A stretch of 24,000 bases of DNA from an uncultured Spirochaetales bacterium (GTDB taxonomy: Bacteria; Spirochaetota; Spirochaetia; Sphaerochaetales; Sphaerochaetaceae), in NCBI GenBank assembly GCA_944388965.1, contig CALXKL010000005.1, positions 171,828 through 195,827 on the forward strand, written 5' to 3'. Below, one piece after another: positions 1 through 7,776 of this stretch. The translations under genes and the position numbers were made by a program. The number at the start of each line of letters is the position of its first letter. Positions within the stretch are counted from its first letter, which is position 1. Under the pieces are notes generated by a model, which saw only the letters and a list, made by a program, of their open reading frames with translations, did no database searches and was not told the origin of the DNA.

Positions 1-96
1 GTGTCGGCGGGATTGGTCTTCATGGCCTGTGTGGTCGTGATGTACCTCATCTGCCATGTCGACTTCATCAGCCAGCTCAGAAGGAAGCGGTCCTGA
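1..96 (+). CDS. Possible 3' end of a membrane protein gene (partial, runs off the window)
   Basis: The frame open from base 1 reads VSAGLVFMACVVVMYLICHVDFISQLRRKRS and stops at TGA 94-96. That is a hydrophobic segment followed by a basic tail, typical of a terminal transmembrane helix. Only 31 codons are visible. It converges on and overlaps the greA 3' end by 20 nt. Confidence 0.2.
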   Translation: MSAGLVFMACVVVMYLICHVDFISQLRRKRS

Positions 97-2770
97 TCGA
101 GACGACCTTGTAGCTGTACGGGTTTCCGTTGATCGAGAACTCGAGCTCGTCGCCGACGGTCCTGTTTAGAAGCTTCATGCCAAGAGGCGTCTTGAAGTTC
201 AGGATTCCGTTGTCCGGATCGCTCTCCCACTGGCCGAGGATGGTGTATGTGACATCCTTGTTCTGGATGTTGTCATGCAAGGTGACCTCGGTGCCGAAGC
301 TGATCTTGCTGTCGTTGACCATGTCGGGAGTGATGACCTGGGCCTTCTCGATCTCGTCCGTAAGCGTCCTGAGCCGTGCGTTGAGGTTCTTCTGCTTGTC
401 CTTTCCGTACTGGTATTCGGCATTCTCCCTGAGGTCCCCAAGAGCACGTGCGTCGGCGATCTCGCTTGCGACCTCCTGGAGCTCGACATGCTCGATGTGG
501 TCCTTCTCCCTGATCTTCTCCTCGAGCGCCTTGCGGGTGCAAAGGAAGCCCATCGGGATCAGTTCGTCCTCGTTCACAACGACGTTCTGGTCATCGAAGA
601 AGACGAAGTCGGGGTACTTCTCGCCGATGAAGTGCCTGACCTCGATCACATAGCCCTTGTCGATGTTCTTGTCGTTGGCGATGATCGAATAGATCTTGGA
701 GGCGAGGTCGCGGTCCCCCTTGTCAATGGCGGTGAAGACGAGCTTCTCCTTGAAGAGGTATGTCACGACAAGGTCATTGCGCTTCCTGTTCTCGCTGACG
801 TCCTTCTTGAGCTCGATGGAGCTTGCTGTGTAGTCCAGGACGAGCAACAGGGTCAAGAGCAGGTCCTCTCTGGTGATGCCTGCCTTCTCCCATTCGCTCT
901 GGGATGCGTTCCTGTAGTTCCACAGGAAGACGTCGACGTTCTCCTTGTAGGAATGCACGCTGTCGGCGAGGATGTCGAGATAGATCGCGGTCTTCCCGTT
1001 CGCCTTGAGGGAGTTGGGAATCCAGGAGTAGGTGTAGTATGGGAAGCACTTCCTGTAGATCTCCGGCCATGCCTTGTCGCATTCCATGACATGTTCGAGA
1101 TAGGTCCTCTTCAGGTCGGCGTTGCCGATCTGGTCGAAGATGCGGATCCTGTCATCGATTCTCTTGTACAGTTCACCGAAGTCCACATTCGCGTTCATCT
1201 GGGCCGTCGCGATGTGATACTGGGTCCTGAGCTGGTCGAGAAGCAGGTAAGAGGAGAGAACCTTGTCCGTGATCTCCTGCGTGTAATGGGAAAGCTGACC
1301 GTTGAAGAAGACGATCATTTCGCTGAACGCCTCGCTCTCGACGTCGAGGTCCTTCGCCACGAAGTCCTTGATGATCTTCACCTTTGCATAGAAGTCCTTC
1401 TCGGCGTTGAAGACGAGAAGCTGCTTCTCCTCCTGCGTGATCGGAGTAGACCTGAGCGTATAGGTGTCGTTCTCGCCGAGGACCGCGGAGAAATACGGGT
1501 CCTCCTGGAGGATCCTCTTGGCCTCCGTCTTGAAGCTCTCCCACTGTCTGGCATCGAGAATGGAGGGAACAAGCTCCTCCTTCATCTCCTTGAAGGAGGA
1601 ACGGTTGTTGTGGCTCTCCATGATCGTGACGAGGGCCCAGCGGGCATCGGTCCTGATCCTCTCGGCAAGCTTGCCGGGCACGGCGGTCTTGAGGACGCGG
1701 ATGTTGTTCTTGGGAAGAGGCGTCAGCGCCTTGAAGGCCATGTCGGGGGTCATCGAGACCTTGCTCGACTTGTTGAAGGCGACGACGACCTGCCTGTCGT
1801 CGATGGACTGGATGAGGCCAAGCCTGTCGGTGCTCCTCTGGTAGACGAAGCAGCCCACATCGAAACCGATGTCAGTCTCGAAGAAGGCGATCGCCTTGTG
1901 GACGTCCTCGTTGTGGTTGTCGAGTCCTGACTTGTGGATGCATTCCTCGAGACGGCTGCTCTTTGCATACTTCTTCCTGTAGACCTTGATCAGCTCGTCA
2001 CGTGCCTCCCTGCTGGAAGGATCGATCTCGAGGGCCTTCTTCAGGATGAGGATCGCACGGGGGATGTCGGATGCATAATGGGGATACAGGTCGGTCAGAA
2101 GATTGAGGGACAGTCCCCTGTCGACGGAGGAGGCGACCTTCTCCGCAACGCCGAGGAAGTATCCATAGTCCTCCTTCTGGACATCGAGCAGAGTGCTCCA
2201 CAGTCCGCGGATGGACTCGACGTCCCTGGCGCTGATGCATCTGGTCATGGCACGACGATAGTAGAGCAGGGCCTTGTCCCTGTCTCCGGTCTCGATGAAG
2301 TGGTCGCCGAGCTGACGGGGGATCCTCCTCTCGTCGAAGTCGACCTTCACAAGGCGCTCGAGGACGGACCACTGCTCGTCCTCCCGTCCGGTCTCGACAT
2401 AGCAGTCGGCGAGAATGCGCAGAGCATACCTGTTCTCGTTGTAGCCGAGAATCATGTTGCACAGGAACTCGACGACGGTCCAGTTGTGGTTGTCGTAGAA
2501 AGTGATCAGAAGGTTCTGCATGAAGATGTTGTCCTCATGGGGCCTTCTGACGAAGGCTATTGAACCCAGGACATAGCGGGCATACACCGAGTCTTCGCGG
2601 CTGGAGATGATCTCCTGAGCCGCCTCCATGACCTCGCTGGCCTCGTCATAGTCCAGCTTCTTCATCACCTTGTCTATTTCCTGGAAGGAGTCGAGCTTCA
2701 TCTGAGACAGCTCGCTCTTCGTGAATTCCCTGTCCTCCTTGAGAATCCTGGATATCGCGTTGTTTTTCAT
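77..2770 (-). CDS. greA: Transcription elongation factor GreA, giant form with a roughly 740 aa N-terminal extension
   Basis: The C-terminal ~160 aa align with canonical GreA. The coiled-coil tip reads GDLRENAEYQYGKDKQ. The globular domain reads ISFGTEVTL...YTILGQWESDP...ILNFKTPLGMKLLNRTVGDELEF. The N-terminus is helical and TPR-like. I chose ATG 2770 (AGGA 5 nt upstream). The longest ORF starts at GTG 2800 with no Shine-Dalgarno (SD) sequence. Confidence 0.9.
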   Translation of the reverse strand: MKNNAISRILKEDREFTKSELSQMKLDSFQEIDKVMKKLDYDEASEVMEAAQEIISSREDSVYARYVLGSIAFVRRPHEDNIFMQNLLITFYDNHNWTVVEFLCNMILGYNENRYALRILADCYVETGREDEQWSVLERLVKVDFDERRIPRQLGDHFIETGDRDKALLYYRRAMTRCISARDVESIRGLWSTLLDVQKEDYGYFLGVAEKVASSVDRGLSLNLLTDLYPHYASDIPRAILILKKALEIDPSSREARDELIKVYRKKYAKSSRLEECIHKSGLDNHNEDVHKAIAFFETDIGFDVGCFVYQRSTDRLGLIQSIDDRQVVVAFNKSSKVSMTPDMAFKALTPLPKNNIRVLKTAVPGKLAERIRTDARWALVTIMESHNNRSSFKEMKEELVPSILDARQWESFKTEAKRILQEDPYFSAVLGENDTYTLRSTPITQEEKQLLVFNAEKDFYAKVKIIKDFVAKDLDVESEAFSEMIVFFNGQLSHYTQEITDKVLSSYLLLDQLRTQYHIATAQMNANVDFGELYKRIDDRIRIFDQIGNADLKRTYLEHVMECDKAWPEIYRKCFPYYTYSWIPNSLKANGKTAIYLDILADSVHSYKENVDVFLWNYRNASQSEWEKAGITREDLLLTLLLVLDYTASSIELKKDVSENRKRNDLVVTYLFKEKLVFTAIDKGDRDLASKIYSIIANDKNIDKGYVIEVRHFIGEKYPDFVFFDDQNVVVNEDELIPMGFLCTRKALEEKIREKDHIEHVELQEVASEIADARALGDLRENAEYQYGKDKQKNLNARLRTLTDEIEKAQVITPDMVNDSKISFGTEVTLHDNIQNKDVTYTILGQWESDPDNGILNFKTPLGMKLLNRTVGDELEFSINGNPYSYKVVSIRTASF

Positions 2771-2810
2771 AAAAGTCCTGAAGACCTCCAAATCCTTCAC
2801 TATCCGTCAA

Positions 2811-2844
2811 CGAAAAAACGACCGGGCAGGATGACCTGCTCGGT
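2811..2844 (-). terminator. Rho-independent terminator after the AI-2E transporter gene
   Basis: On the minus strand: ACCGAGCAGG-tcat-CCTGCCCGGT, a 10 bp stem with one mismatch and a 4 nt loop, followed by CGTTTTTTCG. It lies 53 nt downstream of the stop at 2897 and directly upstream of greA. Confidence 0.6.
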
Positions 2845-2896
2845 ATCGTCGTTCGAATGTGATTCAATATTATCACCTTTCAGGGCATTTGGCAAA

Positions 2897-4048
2897 TTAT
2901 TCCGTGAATCCGTTCCAAGCACGAGTCCTCTCGTCCGCCTTTGAGCGCCTCTTTTCCTTGAGAAGCGTGTAGCATATCGATCCGACCGGAACTGCGAAGA
3001 GCATTCCGACCAGTCCGAAGGCGGCACCGCATACTGTGACCAGTGTGAAGGTGTATACGCTCGGCAGACCGAGCGAGCCGCCCACAACCCTGGGGTAGAT
3101 CAGGTTCCCCTCAAGCTGCTGGAGGATGATTATGAAGACGGCGAAGGCCAGGGCCTGTATCGGGCTGGTGACGGCTATGACGATGGCTCCGAAGATCGCA
3201 CCGACGAAGGCTCCGTAGACGGGGATGAGCGCGGTGACGCCGGTCAGCACGCCGATCATCGCGGCGTTCGGAAGCCTGAGGACCAGCATTCCTGCCGTGC
3301 ACAGCGCGCCGATGATCAGGGCCTCCAGCGCCTGGGCCACGACGAAATGCCTGAACGCCTGGTAGCTGATCGCGGCAAGATGCCTGAGATAGGAGGAAAG
3401 ACGTGGCCGGTCCACCAGGTCCAGGAGATTCACCACATGTGTGCAGATCATGTCCTTGGCCGAGACGAAGTAGATAGCGAAGACCAGAGCGATGAAGAAC
3501 GTCACGAAGCTGGAGATGGTGCCGAGGATCGTGTTGAAGGTGGAGGTGATGAAGCGCGGCGAGTTGTCGCGGGCGAAGTCCCTGAGCCGGCTTCCCAGTT
3601 CGTCCAGGCTCATGTCGAGCCAGTTGAGCAGGCTGTGGAGGGCGGCGTCGAAGCCCGGCTCCTCGTTCGTGAAATTGCCCTGAAGCCTGTCCGAAAGCAG
3701 CACGATCGCCTGCGAGATCATCGAGATTGCGTCAATCGTCGATGGGATGATGAAACCGAGGACAACCGCGATGGCGATGAAGAAGATCACGAGCGAGACC
3801 AGTATGCTCAGTGCCCTGGCATATCTTGCCAGAACCTTCACTCCGGTCCTCTCGAACCTGTGCTCGAAGAAAGAGACCGGTATGTCCAGGACGAAGGCGA
3901 GGATGGCTCCTATGAAGATGGTCGAGAAAGTCGAGGCGAGAAAGCCCGCTACGTTCGACAACAGAGAGTCGACGTTCGCCAGGCATGTATACAGCAGTAT
4001 CAGAATCGAGCCGAGTGCAAGGAGGCTCAGGAACTTCTTCTTGTCCAT
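2897..4048 (-). CDS. AI-2E family transporter (PerM/YhhT, UPF0118)
   Basis: 383 aa polytopic membrane protein. It has the family-typical C-terminal region (LTGVTALIPVYGAFVGAIFGAIVIAV...LQQLEGNLIYPRVVG). ATG start. Confidence 0.85.
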   Translation of the reverse strand: MDKKKFLSLLALGSILILLYTCLANVDSLLSNVAGFLASTFSTIFIGAILAFVLDIPVSFFEHRFERTGVKVLARYARALSILVSLVIFFIAIAVVLGFIIPSTIDAISMISQAIVLLSDRLQGNFTNEEPGFDAALHSLLNWLDMSLDELGSRLRDFARDNSPRFITSTFNTILGTISSFVTFFIALVFAIYFVSAKDMICTHVVNLLDLVDRPRLSSYLRHLAAISYQAFRHFVVAQALEALIIGALCTAGMLVLRLPNAAMIGVLTGVTALIPVYGAFVGAIFGAIVIAVTSPIQALAFAVFIIILQQLEGNLIYPRVVGGSLGLPSVYTFTLVTVCGAAFGLVGMLFAVPVGSICYTLLKEKRRSKADERTRAWNGFTE

Positions 4049-4055
4049 GTCGTCG

Positions 4056-4085
4056 ATTCTAGTTTGCCAGGCCGCTCGGATGCAA
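4056..4085 (-). promoter_or_regulatory. Candidate sigma70-type promoter giving a leaderless AI-2E transporter mRNA
   Basis: Minus strand reads TTGCAT-N18-TAGAAT-N7-ATG(4048). There is no SD sequence between the -10 box and the start codon. Confidence 0.3.
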
Positions 4086-4091
4086 CCGGTA

Positions 4092-4121
4092 TTGTGCAGA
4101 ATGCACTGGTCCTGCTATATT
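4092..4121 (+). promoter_or_regulatory. Candidate promoter giving a leaderless yhhQ mRNA
   Basis: TTGTGC(4092-4097)-N18-TATATT(4116-4121)-N7-ATG(4129), with no SD sequence. The inverted repeat GTGCA-gaa-TGCAC (4094-4106) overlaps the -35/spacer and could be an operator. Confidence 0.3.
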
Positions 4122-4128
4122 GGCCGGC

Positions 4129-4800
4129 ATGGAATACAAGGTACCGGAAAACCCTTCTGAAAACCGGAAAGGCGACTTCACGCCGCTTGTCGTGATATCC
4201 GCTATTCTGGTCACTCTCTATCTCATTGCGAATCTGATGGCGGTCAAGGTCATCAGGATCGGCTCTCTCTCCTTGTTCGACGCAGGCACAATCACGTTTC
4301 CGTTCACATACATGCTCGGCGACGTTCTTGCGGAGGTGTGGGGCTACAGGACTGCCAGACGGGTGATACTTCTCACCTTCGTCTGCAACGCCATGCTTGT
4401 GCTGTTCACGGGTCTCGGGGTGCTTCTGCCTTATCCGGACTACATGCAGTACATGCAGGACGCCTATGCGACGGTGTACACGTATGTTCCGAGGATAGTT
4501 GTCGCATCGCTCATCTCGTTCCTGCTAGGTGGACTGGCCAATGCAAAGGGTCTTGTGCTCATCCGCAGATTCCAGAGCGGCGGCAGGAACCTATGGATAA
4601 GGACGATAGGATCCTCTGCGATCGGTTATCTGTTCGACACCGTCTTCTTCGTCCTGATCGCGTTCGCAGGGACGGTTCCGGCATCGGACATCGTCTTCAT
4701 GATCGTCGTGCAGTATGTCGCAAAGCTCGTCATAGAGGTCCTGTTCGGAACACCGTTCGCCTATGTCTGCATAGGCTTTCTCAGAAAGAGGTTCATATGA
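4129..4800 (+). CDS. yhhQ: Queuosine-precursor (7-deazaguanine) transporter, YhhQ/VUT (DUF165) family
   Basis: Polytopic membrane protein with the family signature FPFTYMLGDVLAEVWGYRTARRVI. The track ORF begins at TTG 4120. The first ATG is 4129 (MEYKVPEN). Confidence 0.85.
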   Translation: MEYKVPENPSENRKGDFTPLVVISAILVTLYLIANLMAVKVIRIGSLSLFDAGTITFPFTYMLGDVLAEVWGYRTARRVILLTFVCNAMLVLFTGLGVLLPYPDYMQYMQDAYATVYTYVPRIVVASLISFLLGGLANAKGLVLIRRFQSGGRNLWIRTIGSSAIGYLFDTVFFVLIAFAGTVPASDIVFMIVVQYVAKLVIEVLFGTPFAYVCIGFLRKRFI

Positions 4801-5486
4801 GCGGACTTGTCAGATACAGCTCGATAGACACGGGCTTCAGAAGAGAGTTCCTTCTTCTTCAGGGCACCGGCTGCCGCTGGCATGGGTGCACCTTCTGCGA
4901 CTACCATCTGGACAGGTCTTCGGACCCGTTCGAGGTCAACAGGGAGGTCCTTGCCATGGTGAACGGGAGATACGGTGTCCTGGACATAATCGACTCGGGT
5001 TCGGCGATGGAGCTCGACGAGAGGACTCTCGCGCTCATCGCCGACATGGTAAGGCAGAAGAATATCCACGACCTCTGGTTCGAGGCCCATTGGATGTACA
5101 GGCACCAGCTGGAAGCGTTCTCATCGAGATTCGACTGCCGCGTGCATTACAGGACCGGCATCGAGTCGTTCAATCCGGAGCTCAGAGTCAAATGGAACAA
5201 AGGGGTGGGAAGGGACGTCAAGCCCGAGGATGTCGCAAGATACTTCGATGGAGTATGTCTCCTGGCGGGGATGGAGGGACAGAGCGCGGATGACGTGATG
5301 CGCTCCGTCGAGATCGCCGAATCGCTGTTCTCGTACTATTCGGTGAACCTCTTCTGCCCGAACACCTCCTCAGAGAAGAGGAACGATGAACTTGCCAGGA
5401 TCTTCATCGAGACTCTGGCACCGCAGATACGAAGGAGCACGAAGGCCGAGGTGCTTATCGACAACAGGGACCTCGGCGTCGGCTGA
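4797..5486 (+). CDS. Small radical-SAM-like protein (229 aa), possible queuine-lyase-type salvage enzyme
   Basis: The real start is internal to track ORF 4338..5486. ATG 4797 overlaps the yhhQ stop (ATGA), giving MSGLVRY.... A Cys triad GTGCRWHGCTFCDY lies near the N-terminus with spacing C-x4-C-x2-C, read directly from the codons. The upstream part of the long ORF overlaps yhhQ out of frame. Confidence 0.7.
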   Translation: MSGLVRYSSIDTGFRREFLLLQGTGCRWHGCTFCDYHLDRSSDPFEVNREVLAMVNGRYGVLDIIDSGSAMELDERTLALIADMVRQKNIHDLWFEAHWMYRHQLEAFSSRFDCRVHYRTGIESFNPELRVKWNKGVGRDVKPEDVARYFDGVCLLAGMEGQSADDVMRSVEIAESLFSYYSVNLFCPNTSSEKRNDELARIFIETLAPQIRRSTKAEVLIDNRDLGVG

Positions 5487-5489
5487 TTA

Positions 5490-5519
5490 TTCCCAACGTC
5501 GGCTGTTTTGCGTTATAAT
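5490..5519 (+). promoter_or_regulatory. Candidate promoter for the rpe operon, near-leaderless
   Basis: TTCCCA-N18-TATAAT(5514-5519)-N8-ATG(5528), with no SD sequence in between. Confidence 0.25.
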
Positions 5520-5527
5520 TCCTGGCC

Positions 5528-6205
5528 ATGAGCGGCAGGAGAATTGAAATCGCACCATCGATACTCTCTAGCGACTTCTCGAACATGAGGGACGCGGTCG
5601 ACCAGGTCGAGGTGAGCGGAGCCGGTATCGTGCACTTCGACATCATGGACGGCGTGTTCGTTCCACAGATCACGTTCGGTCCGAAGCTCGTCAAGGACAT
5701 CAGACCCCACAGCAGTCTTGTCTTCGACGCCCATCTGATGATCGTGAATCCGGAAACGCAGATCGACGCCTTCGTGGATGCAGGATGCGACTATATCACC
5801 ATCCACCAGGAGAGCACGGTACATCTTCACAGGGCATTGACGAAGATCAAGGAGCGCGGTGTCAGGTGCGGCATCTCCATCGTGCCCAGCACTCCCGTCG
5901 CCTCTATCGTCCCGCTTCTCGACATGGTCGACCTCGTGCTGGTGATGACGGTGAATCCGGGATTCGGTGGTCAGAAGCTCATCCAGAGCTGTCTTGACAA
6001 GATCGTCCAGCTGGACGGGATCAGGAAGGAGGAGGACTACGACTTCCTCATCAGCGTCGACGGAGGAGTCAACCTCGACACGATCCAGGATGTCGTGGCT
6101 GCAGGTGCCGACATAGCGGTCACCGGCAGCGCGTTCTTCGACGCCTCCGACAGGAGCGCATTCGTCCAGAGGATGCATTCGCTTGCGATGGAGAGCTTCT
6201 CCTGA
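5528..6205 (+). CDS. rpe: Ribulose-phosphate 3-epimerase
   Basis: IAPSILSSDF...HFDIMDGVFVPQITFG...MTVNPGFGGQK...VDGG motifs. 225 aa. Confidence 0.95.
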   Translation: MSGRRIEIAPSILSSDFSNMRDAVDQVEVSGAGIVHFDIMDGVFVPQITFGPKLVKDIRPHSSLVFDAHLMIVNPETQIDAFVDAGCDYITIHQESTVHLHRALTKIKERGVRCGISIVPSTPVASIVPLLDMVDLVLVMTVNPGFGGQKLIQSCLDKIVQLDGIRKEEDYDFLISVDGGVNLDTIQDVVAAGADIAVTGSAFFDASDRSAFVQRMHSLAMESFS

Positions 6206-6678
6206 TGCTGGCGGTCATCCAGAGCGTCGAGGACGCAAGAGTGGACGTCGACGGACAGACCGTCGGTTCGATCGGAAAAGGCATGCTGGTCTACTTCGGA
6301 GTCGAGAAGGACGATGAGGAATCCATCATTGCACCCTTTCTTGACAAGATGATGAGGCTCAGGATATTCAAGGACGACAACGGCAAGATGAACCTCTCGC
6401 TTTCGCAGTACGGAGGCGACGTGCTGTTCATCAGCCAGTTCACGCTGGCAGGAGACGTATACAAGGGCAATCGTCCCGGATTCGACAACGCAGCCCCTGC
6501 GGACAGGGCCCTGCGGTATTACGAGAAGGCCGTCGAGACGCTTCGCGGCATGGGCTACCATGTCGAGTGCGGCCGCTTCGGTGCACATATGAAGGTGTCA
6601 TATGTGAACGACGGACCTGAGACGTTCATCCTCGATTCCAGACGACTGGTGCACAAAAGGACGGAAAATCCGGTATAA
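6205..6678 (+). CDS. dtd: D-aminoacyl-tRNA deacylase
   Basis: MLAVIQSV...GKGMLVYFGV...ISQFTLAGD...KGNRPGF motifs. The start overlaps the rpe stop (TGATG). Confidence 0.95.
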   Translation: MLAVIQSVEDARVDVDGQTVGSIGKGMLVYFGVEKDDEESIIAPFLDKMMRLRIFKDDNGKMNLSLSQYGGDVLFISQFTLAGDVYKGNRPGFDNAAPADRALRYYEKAVETLRGMGYHVECGRFGAHMKVSYVNDGPETFILDSRRLVHKRTENPV

Positions 6679-6703
6679 GGGGCAATAGGAGTTCACTAAG
6701 CAA

Positions 6704-7774
6704 ATGGCAAGAATCGCAGAGATTTCGAATGATGTACACAAGGCGCGCTTCGAGGCGCTCGAGGCCGCAAGGAGCCAGATCGACAAGCAGTTCGGCAAAG
6801 GGTCGCTGATGAAGCTCGGCGACGCCCAGGGGACGATGGATGTCGAGGTCATACCCTCAGGAAGCCTTCTTCTCGACGAGGCTCTTGGAGTAGGGGGCTA
6901 TCCCAAGGGCAGGATAATCGAGATATACGGACCGGAGAGCTCGGGAAAGACGACGCTTGCCCTGCATGCGATCGCCGAGAGCCAGAAGATGGGCGGCATC
7001 GCCGCATTCATCGATGCCGAGCATGCGCTTGATCCGACTTACGCGAAGAACCTCGGCGTCGACATCAACGAGCTGTGGATAAGCCAGCCCGACAACGGAG
7101 AGCAGGCCCTGGAGATCGCCGAGTCCCTCGTGCGTTCCGGTGCCGTCGACATCATAGTCGTCGATTCCGTCGCCGCACTTACGCCGCAGGCCGAGATCGA
7201 GGGCGAGATGGGCGACAGCCACATGGGCGTCCAGGCCAGGCTCATGAGCCAGGCGCTGAGGAAGCTGACGGGAATACTCGCCAAGAGCAACACGACAATC
7301 ATCTTCATCAACCAGCTCAGGATGAAGATCGGCGTCATGTTCGGCAACCCGGAGACCACCACCGGCGGCAATGCGCTGAAGTTCTATGCATCCATAAGGA
7401 TGGATGTTCGCAAGATCGATTCGCTGGGCAAGAACCAGGATGAGCTGTACGGCAACCGCGTTCGCGTAAAGATCGTGAAGAACAAGGTCGCCCCTCCTTT
7501 CAAGAAGTGCGAGCTGGACCTGCTCTTCGGAAAGGGCATCAGCTATGTCGGAAGCGTTCTCGACGCCGCCCTCAAATACGAGTTCGTCGAGAAGTCCGGC
7601 TCATGGTTCTCATATGGTGGCGAGAAGATAGGACAGGGCAGGGAGAAGACGATCGAATACTTCGAATCCCATCCCGAGGTCACCGAAGAGCTTGTCAGAC
7701 AGCTCAGGGCGAAGATGTTCCCCAGCCGTGTCCAGACGGATGACGATCCGGCAGGCAAGGGCGGGAAGGAATAG
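6704..7774 (+). CDS. recA: Recombinase RecA
   Basis: Walker [59 protein letters not shown]. 356 aa. Confidence 0.98.
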   Translation: MARIAEISNDVHKARFEALEAARSQIDKQFGKGSLMKLGDAQGTMDVEVIPSGSLLLDEALGVGGYPKGRIIEIYGPESSGKTTLALHAIAESQKMGGIAAFIDAEHALDPTYAKNLGVDINELWISQPDNGEQALEIAESLVRSGAVDIIVVDSVAALTPQAEIEGEMGDSHMGVQARLMSQALRKLTGILAKSNTTIIFINQLRMKIGVMFGNPETTTGGNALKFYASIRMDVRKIDSLGKNQDELYGNRVRVKIVKNKVAPPFKKCELDLLFGKGISYVGSVLDAALKYEFVEKSGSWFSYGGEKIGQGREKTIEYFESHPEVTEELVRQLRAKMFPSRVQTDDDPAGKGGKE

Positions 7775-7776
7775 CC

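Noticed and set aside
275-1930. Long antisense ORFs opposite real genes. Examples: 275..1930 (+) 551 aa, 5513..6178 (-), 7543..9285 (-) 580 aa, 9862..10707 (-), 10912..12066 (-), 14776..15459 (+), 15839..16702 (+), 20610..21272 (+) and 22816..23862 (+).
   Set aside because: Each lies entirely opposite a gene with unmistakable family motifs (greA, rpe, scpAB, rluB/cmk, rpsA, trxB-like, yeeE, phnE, phnD). Their translations are low-complexity (L/V/D/E/G/R-rich) with no motifs. Stop-free antisense frames are expected when third codon positions are G+C-rich.
4049-4128. Possible preQ1 riboswitch upstream of yhhQ.
   Set aside because: YhhQ and queT genes are often riboswitch-controlled. Here the whole divergent spacer is only 80 nt. 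There is no hairpin followed by the A-rich tail characteristic of preQ1-I, and the -10 box sits 7 nt from the ATG, leaving no 5' UTR to fold.
4338-4796. The upstream 153 codons of track ORF 4338..5486 as part of the radical-SAM gene.
   Set aside because: This segment overlaps yhhQ in another frame and translates to R/H/C-rich nonsense. The ATG at 4797 forms an ATGA overlap with the yhhQ stop and begins a sensible N-terminus.
5477-5505. 9 bp direct repeat CGTCGGCTG (5477-5485 and 5497-5505) between the radical-SAM gene and rpe.
   Set aside because: It is too short to exclude chance and has no inverted partner, so it forms no hairpin. The first copy overlaps the stop codon. I note it only as a possible protein-binding site and cannot support that.
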